Shown here: positions 62,815-64,000 of the stretch, piece after piece
How positions within the stretch are numbered: position 1 is the first letter of the stretch
Layout: each line of letters opens with the position of its first letter
Virus record (IMG/VR): IMGVR_UViG_3300043411_000921
Span: 177,400-241,399 of that record
DNA: 64,000 bases
Strand: one strand, 5' to 3'
Notes under the pieces: generated by a model
Databases searched by the model: none
The model's input: the letters and a program-made list of their open reading frames with translations, nothing else
Told to the model about the DNA's origin: nothing
Position numbers and translations under genes: made by a program

Positions 62815-62933
62815 CCGTCTCTCGATGAACACAACGAGGTAAAACTTGTTGGTGAGTGGAGGTTGCAAACTCCTAAAAGTTCATGAAAACACACAGTCCC
62901 GGCAAAGATCTGTGCAATGGTATGTGTGTATTT

Positions 62934-63005
62934 GGTCCCATCGTCCAGTGGTTAGGACACTTGATTTTCAATCAAGGAATATGAGTTCAATTCTCATTGG
63001 GATCA
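62934..63005 (+). tRNA. tRNA-Glu(TTC)
   Basis: CTTGA-TTTTCAA-TCAAG. Confidence 0.88.
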
Positions 63006-63018
63006 TAAGTTTGAAAAT

Positions 63019-63091
63019 GTCTGTTGAGGCTGTCGGATAAAACCGCTGGGCTACGAACCCGGAATGCGTGGTTCAACTCCACGAACAGACG
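63019..63091 (+). tRNA. tRNA-Arg(ACG)
   Basis: CTGGG-CTACGAA-CCCGG; atypical D arm. Confidence 0.75.
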
Positions 63092-63100
63092 TTAGTTTTT

Positions 63101-63171
63101 GCCCTCATCGTTCAATGGTAGGACAGCAGATTGTCGATCTGCATACAGGAGTTCCATTCTCCTTGGGGGCG
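63101..63171 (+). tRNA. tRNA-Asp(GTC)
   Basis: GCAGA-TTGTCGA-TCTGC; G73. Confidence 0.85.
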
Positions 63172-63198
63172 CTTAGGTTTCTTCTGGTTGGAATGGTA

Positions 63199-63498
63199 GT
63201 CGTAGGGCAATTTCCTAGTAGTCACCCCAAAACATCCGAAACACTTGTTTCGAGTTATGCAAGGGGCACGAAAAGAAAAACGGGTAGCCCCCTCAAATCC
63301 ACTTATTTGTGGGCTGTTTGAGAGAACAGAGAAAAGTGTGAGATGAAACTTCTCATCTTGAACAAAGCACCTTTTTCGAATGGTGTTGAAACACACGCAA
63401 GTTTGTTTCGCAAGCGGTGTAGGGGATATGGCCTGAAAACCATTTTGAAACCCGAGCACATTCTCCAGGTGCAGGTTCGAATCCTGCCGATGACTCCA
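63199..63498 (+). ncRNA. candidate structured RNA ending in a tRNA-like T arm and CCA
   Basis: GCAGG-TTCGAAT-CCTGC-CGATGAC-T-CCA at 63471-63498; possible 5' partner GTCGTAG at 63199; internal hairpins. Confidence 0.35.
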
Positions 63499-63513
63499 GC
63501 CAGAAGAAATCTC

Positions 63514-63542
63514 TTGACTGTCTTTTCTTGGTGTGGTAGCTT
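63514..63542 (+). promoter_or_regulatory. sigma70-type promoter for the next tRNA block
   Basis: TTGACT-N17-TAGCTT with TG extension. Confidence 0.65.
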
Positions 63543-63564
63543 AGGTCTTGTCAGTGAGTGAGAT

Positions 63565-63638
63565 TCGGGATTAGCTCAATGGTAGAGCGATCGGCTTTGA
63601 CCCGGTTGACGTAGGTTCGATTCCTTCATCCCGAACCA
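63565..63638 (+). tRNA. tRNA-Gln(TTG)
   Basis: ATCGG-CTTTGAC-CCGGT; ACCA. Confidence 0.88.
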
Positions 63639-63639
63639 T

Positions 63640-63712
63640 GAATCCATAGCTCAATTGGCAGAGCATGACTCTCTTAAAGTCGAGGTTTCGAGTTCGACTC
63701 TCGATGGATTCA
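63640..63712 (+). tRNA. tRNA-Lys(CTT)
   Basis: TGACT-CTCTTAA-AGTCG. Confidence 0.9.
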
Positions 63713-63734
63713 CTTGATAGTTGTTTGTATGAAT

Positions 63735-63807
63735 GGAACCATAGCTCAGTTGGTAGAGCGTTGGCCTGAAGAGCCAAGCGTCGAAGGTTCGACCCCTTCT
63801 GGTTCCA
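63735..63807 (+). tRNA. tRNA-Phe(GAA)
   Basis: TTGGC-CTGAAGA-GCCAA. Confidence 0.92.
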
Positions 63808-63815
63808 CTTTGTTT

Positions 63816-63890
63816 GCAGCAATAGCTCAATGGTAGAGTTCCTCTTTTCCAAAGAGGGTGTTGTGGGTTCGAATCCCATTTGCTGCTCCA
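63816..63890 (+). tRNA. tRNA-Gly(TCC)
   Basis: CCTCT-TTTCCAA-AGAGG; U73-CCA. Confidence 0.92.
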
Positions 63891-63893
63891 TGA

Positions 63894-63962
63894 TAAGCCA
63901 TAGCTCAATGGTAGAGTTCCGCCGCGAAGGCGGAGATACGGGTTCGAATCCCGTTGGTTTTA
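63894..63962 (+). tRNA. tRNA-like gene with a 5-nt anticodon loop (identity undetermined)
   Basis: Canonical D and T arms; CCGCC-GCGAA-GGCGG. Confidence 0.65.
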
Positions 63963-63978
63963 TCATTTGATTGTTTGC

Positions 63979-64000
63979 GGGGTCATAACTCAGCGTTGGC
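63979..64000 (+). tRNA. 5' fragment of a tRNA (Ala-like), cut by the window end
   Basis: GGGGTCA-TA-ACTCAG start. Confidence 0.5.

Noticed and set aside
61020-63966. Short ORFs called across the tRNA array
   Set aside because: They overlap clear tRNA genes and look spurious.
1-64000. Stop-codon reassignment as in some jumbo phages
   Set aside because: Long core genes are intact in the standard code, TAA, TAG and TGA all end genes, and no clear suppressor tRNA is present.

Overview
This window is part of a large T4-superfamily (jumbo myovirus-like) phage genome read in the standard genetic code; the spanin-like genes imply a Gram-negative host. Left to right it holds: a lysis cassette (amidase endolysin, holin-like and spanin-like genes); accessory genes (Fe/Mn SOD-like, ADP-ribosyltransferase-like, purA, a tandem paralog family, HNH, HDAC-family deacetylase); a minus-strand virion module (tail tube, two tandem tail sheaths, gp15/gp14/gp13-like neck, major capsid, scaffold, prohead protease, portal); a plus-strand block (GapR/DsbA-like, GroEL, primase, fused SbcD-SbcC, UvsE, large terminase); a sigma factor whose region 4.2 seems to be a separate gene; and the start of a large tRNA array with about 22 tRNA or tRNA-like genes, many non-canonical. 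The most unusual signal is in the DNA itself. About 14 copies of a ~105-bp bipartite, pseudo-palindromic element with a fixed 76-78 bp arm spacing recur every ~1.5-9 kb, mostly written inside protein-coding genes on either strand. A second, strictly co-oriented ~22-28 bp motif occurs 5 times. A TA(G/C/T)TTA late-promoter motif and a shared N-terminal capsid-targeting-like leader on many cargo proteins are also visible. All calls come from reading motifs by eye; no database searches were run.
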